From Leidyana gryllorum EB-2025a (taxonomy: Eukaryota; Protista; Apicomplexa): a DNA stretch of 64,000 nucleotides. Both the position numbers and the translations under genes were made by a program. Below the pieces are notes generated by a model. It saw only the letters and a program-made list of their open reading frames with translations. It was not told the DNA's origin and did no database searches. Positions 35,301 to 48,937 of the stretch are shown piece after piece; positions within the stretch are counted from its first letter, which is position 1, and every line of letters starts with the position of its first letter. The stretch spans positions 1,488,001 through 1,552,000 of the forward strand of contig JBLWGC010000230.1 in assembly GCA_048772705.1 (NCBI GenBank), written 5' to 3'.

Positions 35301-36885
35301 TCTCGTCGTGGTTGAGATGAGCATTCTTGGCGGCAAAGCCCATCTCTTGCTGTAATTGGCGCGCGTAGAGCTGCAAGAACTCTTCACGAGTGGAACCTCC
35401 GGCCTCTAAAGCCTTTTCCGACATGTCAACCGACGAGGCCTCTACCATCAGTAGCCTGTGGTAATGCTTCTGACGGAGCTGGGCTTCTCGAGACGAGTCC
35501 AACACAGCCTTAAGCTGTTCTCGACGGATAGTCACACCTTGGGCGATTTGATCTCCAACTTCGAAGCTAAGGGCGAATGTCAGAGAGACAGTGAAGAGAT
35601 ATTGGACTCACAATGCTGTGGTGCGCTTCTCAGCTTTGCTCTGCTGTACCTTCAGCACGCTGTCGAGCGGTTTCAGCACATAGCGGAACTCTTTGAGGCG
35701 AACTTCGGTCAATTCCTCAGTACCTTCATCAATGAAGCTTCCAAACCCTGAGGACGTGGTGCCCAGCCGATGTGATACGAAGCGCCCTGAGGCAGGATCG
35801 AACCCAATGGGTATATTTACAGTAGTTTCCCGACGATCACTTGACACGAGATCGATTATGGCGTCAGCTAAATGATCGTAGGCTATGCTAACCGCTTGAT
35901 GACGGATGCGGGCGCTCGGATCAGCAGCAAATCCAGACATGGATTCTTGGGGCGCCACATTTTGCCCTGAGGCCGACTGCGAGACTGGAGCCTCGTCTGC
36001 TTCTGACTTGGGCTCGGCGTGTACGGAGTGCTCCTCTTCTATTGGGGCCGCCATCGCACGAGGAGACTGGCGAGGCGAGGCTAAACGCTGTGTCTCGGTG
36101 AAAGCCTGGCCGTAGTATACCGAGAGTCCACTGAGACTGGTGGCTTTGAACAACGAATCGGAACCGCCTTGGCCCTGGGTGGGGGCTGCGACGATCCGGT
36201 CCCAGTTCTCATCAGTACTGTATGGAGAGTGAAAAGGAATGAGCAATTGTTGAACGCGCGCGACTCACTTATAGACCGATACAGTTGACAGCTTGAGGCC
36301 AGCGCAAATGTTTCTTCCGTAGTCTCTGAAGCACACGTGGATGTCTTCGATATCAAAGGTGACCCCGCGAAGGATACGTTGGAGCATCCGGACAGAGAAG
36401 CTACTGCCACCTTCATTCTCGGACATGGATTGGCCCGGTTTCAAAGATTGAGCAGCTTCTTCCTCACTCGCTTTCCATACATCAACAGCCTGATTCTCGC
36501 GATGTTTGACCTGCTGCAGTTTGGCAGCCCGGAGTTGCGTTATGATCTGCGCTGCTATTTCCTCGGGATTCTGGGGATTAGAGCCAGTGGCAGCGGCATA
36601 TTTACGTGGGCACACAAACAGCGTCAGTCCTTTGGCTTTCACACTGAGATTGAAAGACGAACTGAACCACTTCCCCCAGGGCAGTACGAGCTTTAGAGAG
36701 CTGATGCGGCCATAGTCGATGGTAAAGGGGAGATCGAATAACTCTGTGACTTCTTGACGCACAAAGAAGTCGTTCAATTCAAGTTCGCCACTTAACAGTC
36801 CGAACGTTAGCTTATCTCGCTCCAATCCATACACATAGGGACTCAGATACTTGGACAGTATCTTCTCGATAATCGGCTCCCACAT
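23381..36885 (-). CDS. VPS13: VPS13-family lipid transfer protein, multi-exon (3' end approximate)
   Basis: Chorein-N (EKILSKYLSPYVYGL...LLSGELEL), W(G)VWEP motif, VAB/SHR-BD-like region, LQIDSQL, and C-terminal TKPIEGG...GFGQGVMG..IKPV...RRKPR. Confidence 0.93.
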
Positions 36886-36977
36886 TACTTACACACTATA
36901 TATATACGATAGGTGGAGGACGACTCCTTGATGCCTCCACCTTGGGTGACTCCAAGAAATTATTAGTCTGCTTTCAA

Positions 36978-39900
36978 ATGTCCACCCCCTCCCAGCCAAC
37001 ACTCTTCAGCTTCTATCGGCCCCGAGCGTCCACTGTACGTACCCAACCCGCCAAGGAAGAGAACTCGCGACCACCCAACGGTGCCGAAGATGATGAATCA
37101 AAGCAAGAAGTAGCCCCTAATGTCAAGATGCGAAAGGTCGGTGCCACCGCCCCACCAGTGCCGGTAAAACCCGCTGCTGCCAGGAAACGCTCCTCCCTCA
37201 TGATGGATGATGATGACATCCGAGATGAAGACTCCTTCGCCCAAGCTACCACTGTACAAAATGCTCTGGATCAATACGTCTCAAAGTCACCCGTCCCTCA
37301 AGCGCTGACGACCACGGCTTCTAGCCCCCCTCCTCAGACCAATAAGGGGAAGAAAAGGAAAACACCGGATCCTTCATCCTCATCGGCACGCAAGACAAAC
37401 TCTAGTCAATCCTCAGCCGTCTCCGCTAAACCGAGCCGACGTATCCGCCGAGTGACAAAAGGTAGCCGCAAATCAGCCGCCGCTATTGGCGACTCAGATG
37501 ACTCCCCGTTCGAAGACAATGATGCCAGCGTCTCCGCAAGTGATGACGACAGCGAAGCTATGGATGACGACGAAGGTTTTGACTCTGACGAGGAAGAAGG
37601 CGGCGAAGAAGAACCTCCAGTCAGCGATGAGGAAGAAACGAGCACAAAAGGGGCAGCCAGACGCCGTGGAGGCTCCACATCGCGCCCCAAACCTAAGTCC
37701 CAAGCCACCAAGGCTGCCTCTGGCCGCCCATCTGTCACTGCTAAATTCTCTTCTCGTCAAGCCCTGGCTGCGACGTCTCAAACCAAAAAGATTGACATCG
37801 ACCAAGATGACACTGACGTCTTCGATGACCAACTACTCGAGCAGCTGGACAGGGACGATAATCTGAGCAATGCAAGTACTCGATGGACCGTACCTGAATG
37901 GGAGGACGACGCTATTGCTGCTGCGCGCGCCCAGTTGGACAAGGATCTTGTGTACACAGAGCCTACCACCGTTATCCCGCCCAAACTAGATCAGAAGACC
38001 GCCGTGGCTTTGTTGGATGGAGTAAAAACAGAGTGAGTGGCATTTGAGCGACGTCGCTCACGACCCGCGTGTGCACACAACTTTCGTGTGTGCCCAATAA
38101 GGCATGGGCCATTGACTTATATTCGTCTGTTGCAGAGAGGAAGATGAGCAGTTGAACTTTTATCTGAATCGCGTTCCGATTGCTAAAGGCCCGGAAGCGC
38201 ACTTCTGGAAAGCCTTCGTTCAAGCGTACTATGGGAACTACCGAATCTTCAACTTTCCCCCGTGGATCAACCCCAAGTTGATGAGAGGTGAGATTGCTAC
38301 TGGTTATTCCTTTGACGCTTCAGCGTCGCAGATCATATGGGCCGAGGGGCCGACCAGCCTGAGTTTTGTATGGGTCGCATCACGTGTAATCTGAATCCGA
38401 AACGCACAGATTGTGATCGGATGCACTTCACCCCTGCCATGCTCCAATACTGGGAGATGAAGAGAGATAACTTTGACAAAATAGTTTTCTTCAAGGTGGG
38501 AGCGGTAACTTCTGACTATCTCTGTCGTAGTTGGGCAAGTTCTACGAGATATTCTACACCGATGCCTGCATCATGCAGCCTTTGTGTGACTTGAAGTGGA
38601 TGGGGCACGACGAAAAGGCCCACGTTGGCTTTCCAGAGTCGTCGTTGCATCACTACGCCAGGGTGGCTGTAGAGAACGGGTACATTGTCAGTGTCGTGGA
38701 GCAAATGGAAACCCCCGGAGAGCTACAAGAGCGCGCAAAGCAGGCATCAAAGGGAGCTGCGAAACCCAAAGCTGTGAAGCGAGAGATCTGCGAGATGTAT
38801 AGTCAGGGAACGGTTGCTCATCCTGACATGATTGGCCCGGAACCCACTTACTTGATGACTCTTGTCTTTGATTCCCAACTACGCGCACGTGGTGTCGACT
38901 CATACACACTTTCGGATCCGGCCAAGCAAGAGACGGAGACTGCATTCAAACTGCGCAACCAGAACGGGAACTTTAGTTTCCTCCTCGTTGACGTGGCGAG
39001 TTCCCGGATATTCTATGGCAGCCTCGCGGATGAGGCGCCGTCACGTCCAGTTTTGCGGAGTCTGCTGAGTCACACTAGTCCCCGAGAGGTGCTGTTACAC
39101 CGGCGAGATTTGGGCAACGATGTTCTGAGCCTCCTGAACACCGTAAGTTGGCCATTTGATGAGGGTCGAAACAATGTCGCATTGCAGTTGCCGAGTAAAC
39201 CGCAGTTGACATATGTCCCTCCGGGACAGGCGTGTTCAATGGAGATAATCGTGACAGAGCTCCAAAACCACTTGTTTGGCACTCCAAAGGAGACTAATGG
39301 GGACGAAGAGGAGAGCACTCCGTACTTTGAGCCGCCAGCTGCGGTGACAGAGAGCAAAAAGGCAATGATGCGGGCTGCAGAGACACATTCCACACTGGCT
39401 GTCGCATTGTTGAGTGCCTGTGACTATCTGGAGGTGAGGAACTCAATGATTGGTCACACTTGCGTCATATCCAATCTCCCCTCAGACCTTATTGGTGAAA
39501 GACAAATTGATGGGGTTCGCCAATATTGAGCCGTGGCGGTCCGCTGAGGGCCGAGATTGGATGGTACTGGACGCGGCTGTGATGAAGTCGCTGGAAATAC
39601 TCGAGTCTCGGAGTGGCGATAAAGATGACACGCTGTACGCTCAGATCAATCGCTGCCGGACGCCGTTCGGGAGTCGACTGCTTCGCCGTTGGCTGTCGGC
39701 CCCCCTAACCGCTGTCGACGTCATCGAGGACCGCTTCGACACGATCGAATGGCTGAAAGAACGGCCGACTCTGACTGAAGAAGTGCGTGAGACTCTTGGG
39801 AAGTTGCCGGACATTGAGAGGTTGTCCACCCGCGTGTTCGCTCAAGCCATACAAGCCGAGCGCGGAGCGGTATTCTTTTCTAACACTGCGCAGAAGAAGA

Positions 39901-41534
39901 TTAAGCAGTTTGTGGAGCTGATGGAACACTACAGATTGCTTCAGCGGATTCCGGCAATCCTTCTCCAGGAGTCTGATGGCGAGCATAGGAAAGGACGTTT
40001 CCACAAGCTGCTCACGAATGCAGCCGATGGGGGCTCGTTCCCGGATTTGATCCCGATAATCGACCAGCTGATGGCAACGATCAATATTCTCCCTAACGGA
40101 GAATATGTCCCGACCCCAGTGAGTGACAGTGTCTCTCGGCGCAGCCCACATACCTTCTTTTTGCGCACAGGGATCCTTCGAGGCTTTTGATGCTGCAGAC
40201 GAGGCTGTGAAGACCCATGAGAGAGAGTTCGACGATTATCTCAGAAATGGTTTGTGGGACGAATTGGGTATCAAACGTGACAAGGCCGATGCCAAAGCTG
40301 CCAAATACGTCCACGTGAAGTTTAGATACGAAGTGGAGGTGTCGACGAGTTTGTGGCGCGAGTTGACGAAGATGAAAGCCGATGTGACAATGACGAGTGC
40401 AAAAGCGGGTGTTACCCGATTCCATACCGAAGAACTCAAGCGTTTGGTTTATGATTTAGAGGGATTGGAAACAAAGCGATCGAATCAATTATATCCCTTT
40501 ATGCAGAGACTGTTCAGATCCTTCTACGACTCGAGCCGAGAGTTTCTGACAGCCCTCAATATCATTGCCGAAGTCGATGTTTTGGTCGGATTGGCTTACA
40601 TATGTGATGAGTGGTCACAACTGTGCGATGTTTGTCGACCGATATTGCTGAAGAGTGAATCGAATCAGATGGCCGAAATCCACATCCGAGAAGGATACCA
40701 TCCGGTGCTGTTCCGGCGTATTAACAACTTTATTCCCAACTCTGTTGACATTGGCGGCGACGGCGACGGCAGAACAATAATTATCACAGGACCGAATATG
40801 GGTGGTAAATCCACACTCGCTCGTCAAGTGGCATTGCTGACTATATTGGCCCAAATCGGATGTTTGGTACCGGCCGAGGAGATGCAGCTGACACCGGTGG
40901 ATCGGGTCTTCACGCGTATCGGAGCACACGATGCAATCTTGGAGGGGAAATCTACATTCTACGTTGAACTTGAGGAGACTTTGTTCTTTCTGCAACAAGC
41001 AACCAGTCGGTCACTGGGAATCATTGATGAGTTTGGCAGAGGCACCAGTATTGAGGAAGGGTCCGCATTGGCCATAAGTACCGTTAAATATATAACTGAG
41101 ACGCTGCAGCCCCTCTGCCTCTTTAGCACCCATTTCCAAGATCAGTTGGAGGCGACATTGGACCATTCAGATCAGAGAGTCCAATTTTACCACATGGCCG
41201 CTGAGCCTGACGAGGAGACAAAGAAAGTGGTGTTCCTCTACAAGTTTGAGAAAGGCATTTGCCCCAAGACGTACGGGCTGAGAGTCGCCCGCATGGCCGG
41301 AATGCCTGAAGACGTGCTCGCAGCCGACGACTCGTGAGGGTATACTGAAACCACCTGTTCTGCGGTGGACAGAAGTGGTTCGACATTCAGTTTGTTGAAG
41401 AATTACCGCACACACATATACATATATATATACTCAGGGAGTTGGAGGAGGCCGGCCCACGTGGGGACCGTGTCGCACTCTCAGTACTCATAGTCGCTCA
41501 CCTTCGCTCACCTACAAAGAGAAAGTTTGAGTGA
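36978..41534 (+). CDS. MSH6: DNA mismatch repair protein MSH6, multi-exon (last exon inferred)
   Basis: N-terminal PIP box QPTLFSFY, FTPAMLQYW, GKFYE, VEQMETP, TGPNMGGKSTL and DEFGRGTS. Confidence 0.93.
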
Positions 41535-41560
41535 GAGTGAGAGTGTTGTATGAGAGAGAG
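41409..41560. repeat. short (CA)/(TA)/(GA) microsatellite tracts
   Basis: cacacacatatacatatatatata and gagtgagagtgagag...gagagagag seen directly. Confidence 0.6.
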
Positions 41561-41634
41561 CCTTGATCTGGCTGTGGGCTGCTTACCCAAAGCGACATAC
41601 AGCACAGAACACACGCACACACAGTGATGTTAGC

Positions 41635-41943
41635 TTAGCTAGTCGTTCGACTCTTCCGGAAAGTGATGGCAGCAAACATGGTGCCGTATAGTATTGAACA
41701 GGGGAGCGAGATGATCAGGAGGAGACTGGAGGGCTTCATGGCCATGACGAGCGGATAGACTAGGAAGAGAGGGGCTACCACGAGGACGAGGAAACTAACG
41801 AAAGTGACGATGATAGCTACGAGTAGTAGAATGCTCTCCTGCACTATCCAGACCTTCCAAGGGCGCTCCGAATGGTAGTAGGGAACTCGCGTAGATATGA
41901 GACTAGTTGGTGCAGTAGTTGACGGTGTGGCTGAGGTGGGCAT
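41635..41943 (-). CDS. small (102 aa) membrane protein, hypothetical
   Basis: ATG directly after tttttgtgccag; two long hydrophobic segments. Confidence 0.5.
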   Translation of the reverse strand: MPTSATPSTTAPTSLISTRVPYYHSERPWKVWIVQESILLLVAIIVTFVSFLVLVVAPLFLVYPLVMAMKPSSLLLIISLPCSILYGTMFAAITFRKSRTTS

Positions 41944-41980
41944 CTGGCACAAAAAGATCGATTTTTGCTTCCTATCAAAG

Positions 41981-44760
41981 CTATAGCGATGGTGGAGTAG
42001 GAGTAGGTGGCGACTCAATGGCTGCGGGATCTTGTTGTTGTTGTTGGTGCTGCTGTGAGCTCCATATCGCCATCACCTGAAGCAACTCCTCCGGCTTCAA
42101 CAGTTCTAACAATGCCTCAAAATCCTCGGGGCGCGCTCCAGCCGCCTCTGGTTCCACCGCCGCCTGCCCCAAAGAGCGTGGAGTCCCACCACTCTGGTTC
42201 GAGGGCGAGAAGACCTCGGCGCTGGTGGGCGATGATTCGCCCCCGCCCACCAACCGACTCGAACTACCGCCTCCTACCGACGGATTTCGATTATCGCATT
42301 CCCGGCCACCCCGGAATCCGACAGTATCAAACATTTCACCGAAACCCCGCTGCATAGAGAAGCAATGAGCGTGAAAGCAAGTGTGTGTGGGCGTGTGTAG
42401 AGGGGGCAACAATGGGAGACGGGTGCGCGCGAACAAAGAAAGGGTAGATATACTTACATATGTGGGCGAACGGTCCTGTTGTCTTGTAGGTGAATTAGAT
42501 CCCGCGCGGCCAGCACTGGTTGGCGTGGGATTATCGGGGGGGAAGAGGATATGGTCGGTCGATGTATCGGTCAGCTTGATGCGAGGTGATTGAGCTGCGC
42601 CCCAATCTGCGGCGGGACGGCGATATTCGCCCTCCTTTTTGCCGTTGTCGTTTCCGCCATCCTCTATATATTGATGAAAACGAGCAATGAGCTCGGCGCA
42701 GGTGAGCTCCTGCCCCATGTATCCCATTTGACTCTGCAGCACGGCGCACTGCAGGGACAATAGAGTAGGAATGTAGAAATTCTCCACCGGGTACAACAGT
42801 AGATTAAGGAAAGAAGCCACAACCATCAAGTGCATCAAATCATCGAATCGCGATGTACGATGGCCGGTACTTCGCTTGAGACCTTCCAGTGATGACCCCG
42901 CGATCGGTCGAATCACTGGAGGCATGCGTTCGCGCCAATGGCGAGCCAGTGGCGAGTCGGGGGAGGCATAGAGGTCCAGTGATCCGTTTGGCGACCTTCT
43001 AACGAATTCAATAATCCTCCTCTCCAACTCATCGAAATCTTGCGTACGAGCGACGTGATCGTCATCCACAATCTGCGGAGGCGCGTGCCAAGCATACTTC
43101 GCCTCTCGCAAGTTCCTCAACTCGTAGATATCGTGAGCGAAGGGACAGAAATACCTGACAACCACTTTCAAACAAAACTTCTCACCCCGATGGCATACCA
43201 AGGACAGAGGGCTACTGGATGGGAGTCCATCTCCTCGTCGAAATTGTCGTCATTGGCAAGACAGCAGCTTCGGGTCTTGTATACTTCAGGATGGTACAGA
43301 AACTCTTCAACATTGTGCACAAAAGGACAGTTGTCCCCCCGGGTGCACTTCTGGTGACAGAACCTGGCGTTCCAGGCCTCATCCGTCGAGGTCCAGGAAA
43401 CCTTGCCCGACGAATCGCACAGGCCTACCAGGGGTGGCCAGCATAGTCTGGGACACCAAACGGGGATATAGCGCAACGTCAATGCGGTAGCTCGGGGCAG
43501 AAATGGAGTTCGGCGTCTGCAAACACATACGACGTCGTAAGATCGGTCCACACCTCGAAGATTCTAACCAGCACACACACACACATACAATAAGTGATCA
43601 TAAATGGATGACAACACAGCAGAAGAGAACAGAGAGCAGAGAACAATTCAACTTACGGCCAATTGACATCGTGGCTGAAAAGGCAGCGGTTAGCCATGTG
43701 ACAGGTGTGCGTTTGTGTGAGACGGTCACAAAGGCGGGTTCGAAAGATGTTTAGTTTTGTCCAATCCATGTTGGTCTCGGAGAAGAGCAACTGATCACCC
43801 GCAACGGAACTAATAAAGCCCAAGCTTGCCGGAGGAGGTGACGGTACTAAGGAGCCGCCCTTCGCGCCTCCACCGTACCCACCCAAAGCTGTGTGGCGTC
43901 CGCTCCCATGGTGGTGGTTGCGTCCACGGTGTTCTCTGTGGGAACGCCCACCTGCAGAGACATGTAGGATCAAATCAAACTCAGACGTACCGGCAGGGGA
44001 GGGAAAGTAGGAGGCTGGACTATTATACCCTCCACTGTTGAGGTGCAGAGATGGACTCCCGCGGTTGGGTGTCGTGCTGGACCCACCACGATGGCGGGAA
44101 GACATATTCGGGTCTCGGCCGTACTGCTGCAATAGAGGAAAGGGTAGGATGACTCTGTGAGTCTGATTGGGTGTGCGGTTGCTCACCCGCACGCCCATCA
44201 GTCCGATGGGTCCAGCACTGGTGGAGGCACGACCAGTGCTGCTTCCGTTGCCGCCACGCTGATTGAAGAAGAAGCCTCCCGCGGCATTAATTGACCCTCG
44301 ATGGGACGAGGATGTCGGTGTGTGTTCATCGCGGTGGTTCTGCTGCAAGGGCCAATGATTCAGAATTTGCAGAGACGATCACACTCAGATGTTGGACTTG
44401 GAAAGATAGCAGCGGCATGTGGACGGCTGATTCCAGTAGTCTCTTTTCCACCGTGAGGGGCTTTGCGGAGGGAGACGACCGGGAGCCACGAGGGCTTCCA
44501 GTCACCAATGGACGCAGTGAAAGACGCTTACTCTATTATTGTTGCGAGGGGACGGCGGGACAGGGCGGCGGGGGGTGCCTTCAACAGTTGAATCGGGGCT
44601 TGTGGGGAGAGTTGGACTCAGCATTGAGGATTGCTGTTGCTGTTGTTGTTGTTGCTTCGAGGAGCCTATGATGTCGATAACTTGTGATAGTATACCGACC
44701 GAATATTACGAGCTTACGGGAGGGAGTTGATGTGTTATTTCCCTGTGGTGACACCATCAT
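41981..44760 (-). CDS. unkempt-like tandem CCCH zinc-finger RNA-binding protein, multi-exon
   Basis: FRTRLC...C.MANRCLFSH, CTRGDNCPFVHNVEEFLYHPEVYKTRSC, CPFAH; poly-Q tracts; first exon MMVSPQG at 44760. Confidence 0.8.
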
Positions 44761-44805
44761 GGAATAAACTTTCTTGAGAGAGGGGCTGACGCGGCACCAT
44801 CCCCA

Positions 44806-45684
44806 ATGAAGACAGAGAGAGATAGAGCTTACGCGCTAGAATTCACTATCTATCTTCGGCACGCCAAGATCTGCCGACTGCACCCATGTGCGAGCAGTGG
44901 CTTGGGGAGTATGTGAGCGACTAGGAGCTTCTTAGCTGGTGTTGAAGTCAGGAAGAGAGGTCGGTCGCTCAAAACACCACCATCCCTTTTCAGGGAACCC
45001 ACTAAATCCTTTTGCACAAAAAGCATGCCCAGACGCACCCATGCCACGGAAGTACTTCTGTGAGTCCACCCCTCCAATATGTTACGGTCTATGTAGTCTG
45101 CTTTGCTCCGGTACCCCGAGTTGGAGCATTCCCACTGAATAGAGCTGTTCTCATACCCCTACTGTCCGATCTGCTGCTCCTTCTCCTCTATCTTGCACTA
45201 TTTCCCCACCTCCTCATATGCTCCATCGTCAGAGGAGCAGTTGTCCTCATTGGGATCGTCACCTGCATCTCTCAGGCAGCTCCTGTCGCGTCATTCTATT
45301 CTCAAGTACACATGCTGTGAGTCCCCTCGCTCCGCAATACTAAGTCCACCCATCAGCCTCGCATTGGTGCAGCCCTGTGCTGCCATAGCTTTCCTGGTCT
45401 TGCATATATCTGTCAGCAACTCGTCTGCTGATGAGAAACAGGAAGATGATGTGAGTACTCAAATGGGCTTGTGCTCAACTCATCTCGAACCCATAGATAT
45501 CGAAGTGGCCACTCAGGACGTTGAGTCTCCTAAGTCTCAGCGCGGGATTAGTGGACTTCTACTCCGGGTTCATTGCCTATTCTTACAAATGGGCAATCCT
45601 CAATAGCGTTCTCCACTCTGGCGAGAGCAATCTGCTCCCGAAGTACGTCTCACAATCTTCCACATAAGCAACAGACCATCATTG
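44806..45684 (+). CDS. hypothetical multi-pass membrane protein, multi-exon
   Basis: Plus-strand GTGAG donors near 44913, 45060, 45317 and 45451 link hydrophobic exons. Confidence 0.45.
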
Positions 45685-45884
45685 ATTGTTAGGCAGAGTG
45701 TTAATGAGGCGGCGATGCCCGAATCGAATTCACCGAGTAACAATTTGACATATCAAGAAGAAACTCTGCCTTTAACAGTTAGTCCAATTTCTCCCAAACC
45801 GGTCACACCTCTGAGATCTATGTCGGTCTCGCCCGGGGGTGTGTGACACATACGCAGATAGACAGACAGATTGACAATTACATC

Positions 45885-48877
45885 TCACTGCCGGCCTCGC
45901 CCGCGTCCGCGACCACGGCCGCCGCCACGCCCTCCACGACCTCGACCTCTTCCTCCACCTCCACGTCCAGCCTTGTCACCGGAGGATCGTTTGTTGCCGT
46001 GAGATGAAGGTCTATCAGTGAATCCAAGTATGACTTCTTCGCTTAGTAGTTCACGAACAGCTACCGTCAAGTAACTAGACCTCGGTAAGCTGCAACTGAT
46101 CAGTACAGCACCCAGTCCACTTGACGCTGGTGGAGGCGGGCCTCCATCAGTAGCCGCATCCTCAGTAGCTCCGCCCGCCGCATCGTTACTGGGATCGTCG
46201 AGAGGGTTCTCCAGCTCGCACTCCAACGGCTTGAGCCCACAAGTGAACGTGTCCTTCCGAGCTATCGCTCGGCCCAATAGACGGTCATTGTCAGTGGCCA
46301 GTATGGGTTTTTCTGGATCGAATTCTCCGGCCTTGTAAATCCGGTAGTCAAAGTCGCCAACCTTCTCAATCATGGTACGGTAATTGCCAGCCAGTTTGAT
46401 AAGGCGGTGACGATTGTCATCCTGTAATACAGACGATCGAACACGTGTGTGACTCAACGACTTACCCGAAAATCATCAAGAGACACGCCCAGCAGATCTT
46501 TCGGTAACCGTTCGTATTCCTCAACCATGTTGGAAGGATACTGTACATCAGCCCCGGGCAGGGGAAGTACCACATCGTATATTGTGTACCGCGCAGCTTC
46601 TTCAGCCGACTCAATTTCCTTCACTCCGAACCACTGGCTATCATAGACTGGTACAAAGGGAGGAATGATGGATGAAATACGATATCCGATCAGCTTACCA
46701 AGCTCTTCAAGATTCCCGTCAGCAGACTCATCCATGTCTTCATCAGCCTGTGTCATGGCTCCTTCAGTACCTGGTGCGGAAGGTGCTGCGCTCTCTTTCT
46801 CGGCTTGATCTGTGCCGCTCAGTCGCACAAGATCGCCAACAACAGGTTGAGAAGCTCCATATTTGGATATGCGAGCACTCACGACGCCATTCCACACAAG
46901 GCTTTGGGCAGCATGATAGTACAGGGCCAGTGAGTTTTTGGGGAGCTGTTGCAGAGCCGGAATGAAGCTGTTGGGCTCTTTTTTGAGACTTTGCAGCACT
47001 GCTCTCTCCAGATGATGCCAGGGGGCCAGATTTGCGAGAGCCTTATCAATATCTCTGTCTTCCAAATAGAACTTCGGTCCAAAGTTATAGCTCGGACGTC
47101 GTCGTTTTCCATTGTCGTTGTCATTGCCTGGAGTCTCATTGACTTCTTCTAAGACTTCTCCGGCGCCAATGTCGCCTTCTTCTGTTTTCATTTTCTTAGT
47201 TGGAGGTTCCCCTTCAGCTTTTGCCGTCCCGGATTCTTCGGTGTCCGGATCGACATAGTCCTCACCTCGCAACTCACAGAGCCATCTGTCGTGTTCCTTC
47301 TCATCGCCAAGAATGAGTCGAACAGCGCGTTCGTGCTTGTGCGCCAGTAAGGCGGCTCCGACATCCTGAGTGCGGATCCGCTTGGTCCCGAATCGTTGTA
47401 AGCCAAAGTAGTTGATGAACCCGTCTCTTCTGAGTACATCGCACAGCTCGGCTATCTTGTCTTCCCCAAAGCCTTCAACATCGACGTCCCGAATGACCAA
47501 TTTGAAGTTATTTCCTTTAAGATCCCCAAGACGTAAGCGTTTGTGGACATAAGTGAGATCTGACACACGAACTCCACGATCCCAGCTGGAGCGGCATTGA
47601 TTGGAAGGAGAAGGGAACTTACTCTTTCTTTGTTGTCGCATAGAGGAGCTGTTCTTTGTGCACCTTGAACCCGGTGACCTTTTGGACAGTGCATCCGCGA
47701 CGATCTTTGGTGCCGGCGAAGCTGAAAGTCTTGGGTCTGCATCCAACACACTCTGCGATCCGTGCGATCGCCTCAGCGGTGTCTCGGTTTGATTTGTACA
47801 TGTGAAAGGACAAGAAGGACGGCTGTTCCTTCGGCCATCGATTTTCTCCACCCCAGCCCACCCGGACGAGATGCGGAGACGATAGCGACTGGTCCAAGAG
47901 TAAGGCGATACAGGGAGGTCGGAGGGTTATACGCATGAAACGCATCCGGTCCTCGGGTTCCCCGTTGTGTCCTTTACTCGAGGGCTCACCCTCGGTCTCA
48001 CTGGGAGGAGGTGATGAGGAAAAACAATACTTGAAATCACTCACCTGACGTCTGCCGGACCCATATTGGGCAACTCCTCAACTTTGAGGTAATCCTCCAA
48101 GATGGCATTGTCAACTTTCACTGATTGAACCCGTGTGAGCAGATCAGGTGGCAGATATATCCGGCGAATGGCCATAGCTTCACGTGCTTCTCCGCTGACA
48201 TCAGCCGAGTAATCAACGGCAGCTGCGGCACCCCCGGATCGATTTTGACACTCATAGGCGTCAGAAGTGACTTGGGTTTCAGTGCTAAGGAACGGGAGTA
48301 CCCGTCGAATCACATCATGCATCTGTGTTCTCATGGCCTTGAGGGCTACAGCTGTGGGCTCTGAGCGTGTCATTGCAAACAGATTGGCGTCTCCAACCAG
48401 ATAACAGTGCGCTTTCTTCATCAACTGCTTGGCGTCTTCCACATTCAGTGCTCCCCACACCCTCTTATTGTCGGTAGCCTCCTCGACTCCGTCTTGATCG
48501 ACCGCTGGGGGATTGTTCGCCTTGTAGACTCGAGCGTCATACAGCAATGCAGCATTGATAAAAGCTTTCAGCACTTCAAGATCTTTCGCTGTCAGAAATG
48601 CCTCGTCTTTCAGAGCTTTAAGCTGCTCCTCTGTGTACTCGAATGGGACACCAGGCGTCAAGATCTCTTTGCCGCTGGTGTGCTCGACAATAGCCAGGCG
48701 AGATGCTCGTACTTCATTTGTCGACACCAAATGGGTCAGCTGACATATCTCTCCATCAAGTCCAATTTCTCGAACGTGGAAATCCTCCCAATACTTCTTC
48801 ACAACACCACCGAACCCCTTGAGATACTTCGGCCGGAGCCATCGGTCCATACAGCCAGTGAAGGGTCCACTCGACAT
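45885..48877 (-). CDS. PUS7: TruD-family pseudouridine synthase with a C-terminal RGG tail
   Basis: GVVKKYWEDFHVREI, FAGTKDRRGCTVQ, LGDLKGNNF, GFINYFGLQRFG, YYHAAQSLVWN, DVVLPLPG and LPRSSYLTVAVRE. Confidence 0.93.
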
Positions 48878-48937
48878 TTGGGCAGGCCCTACTCAGCAGG
48901 ACACAAAACCCAAACCGAAAAAAAAAACTAAACAATG

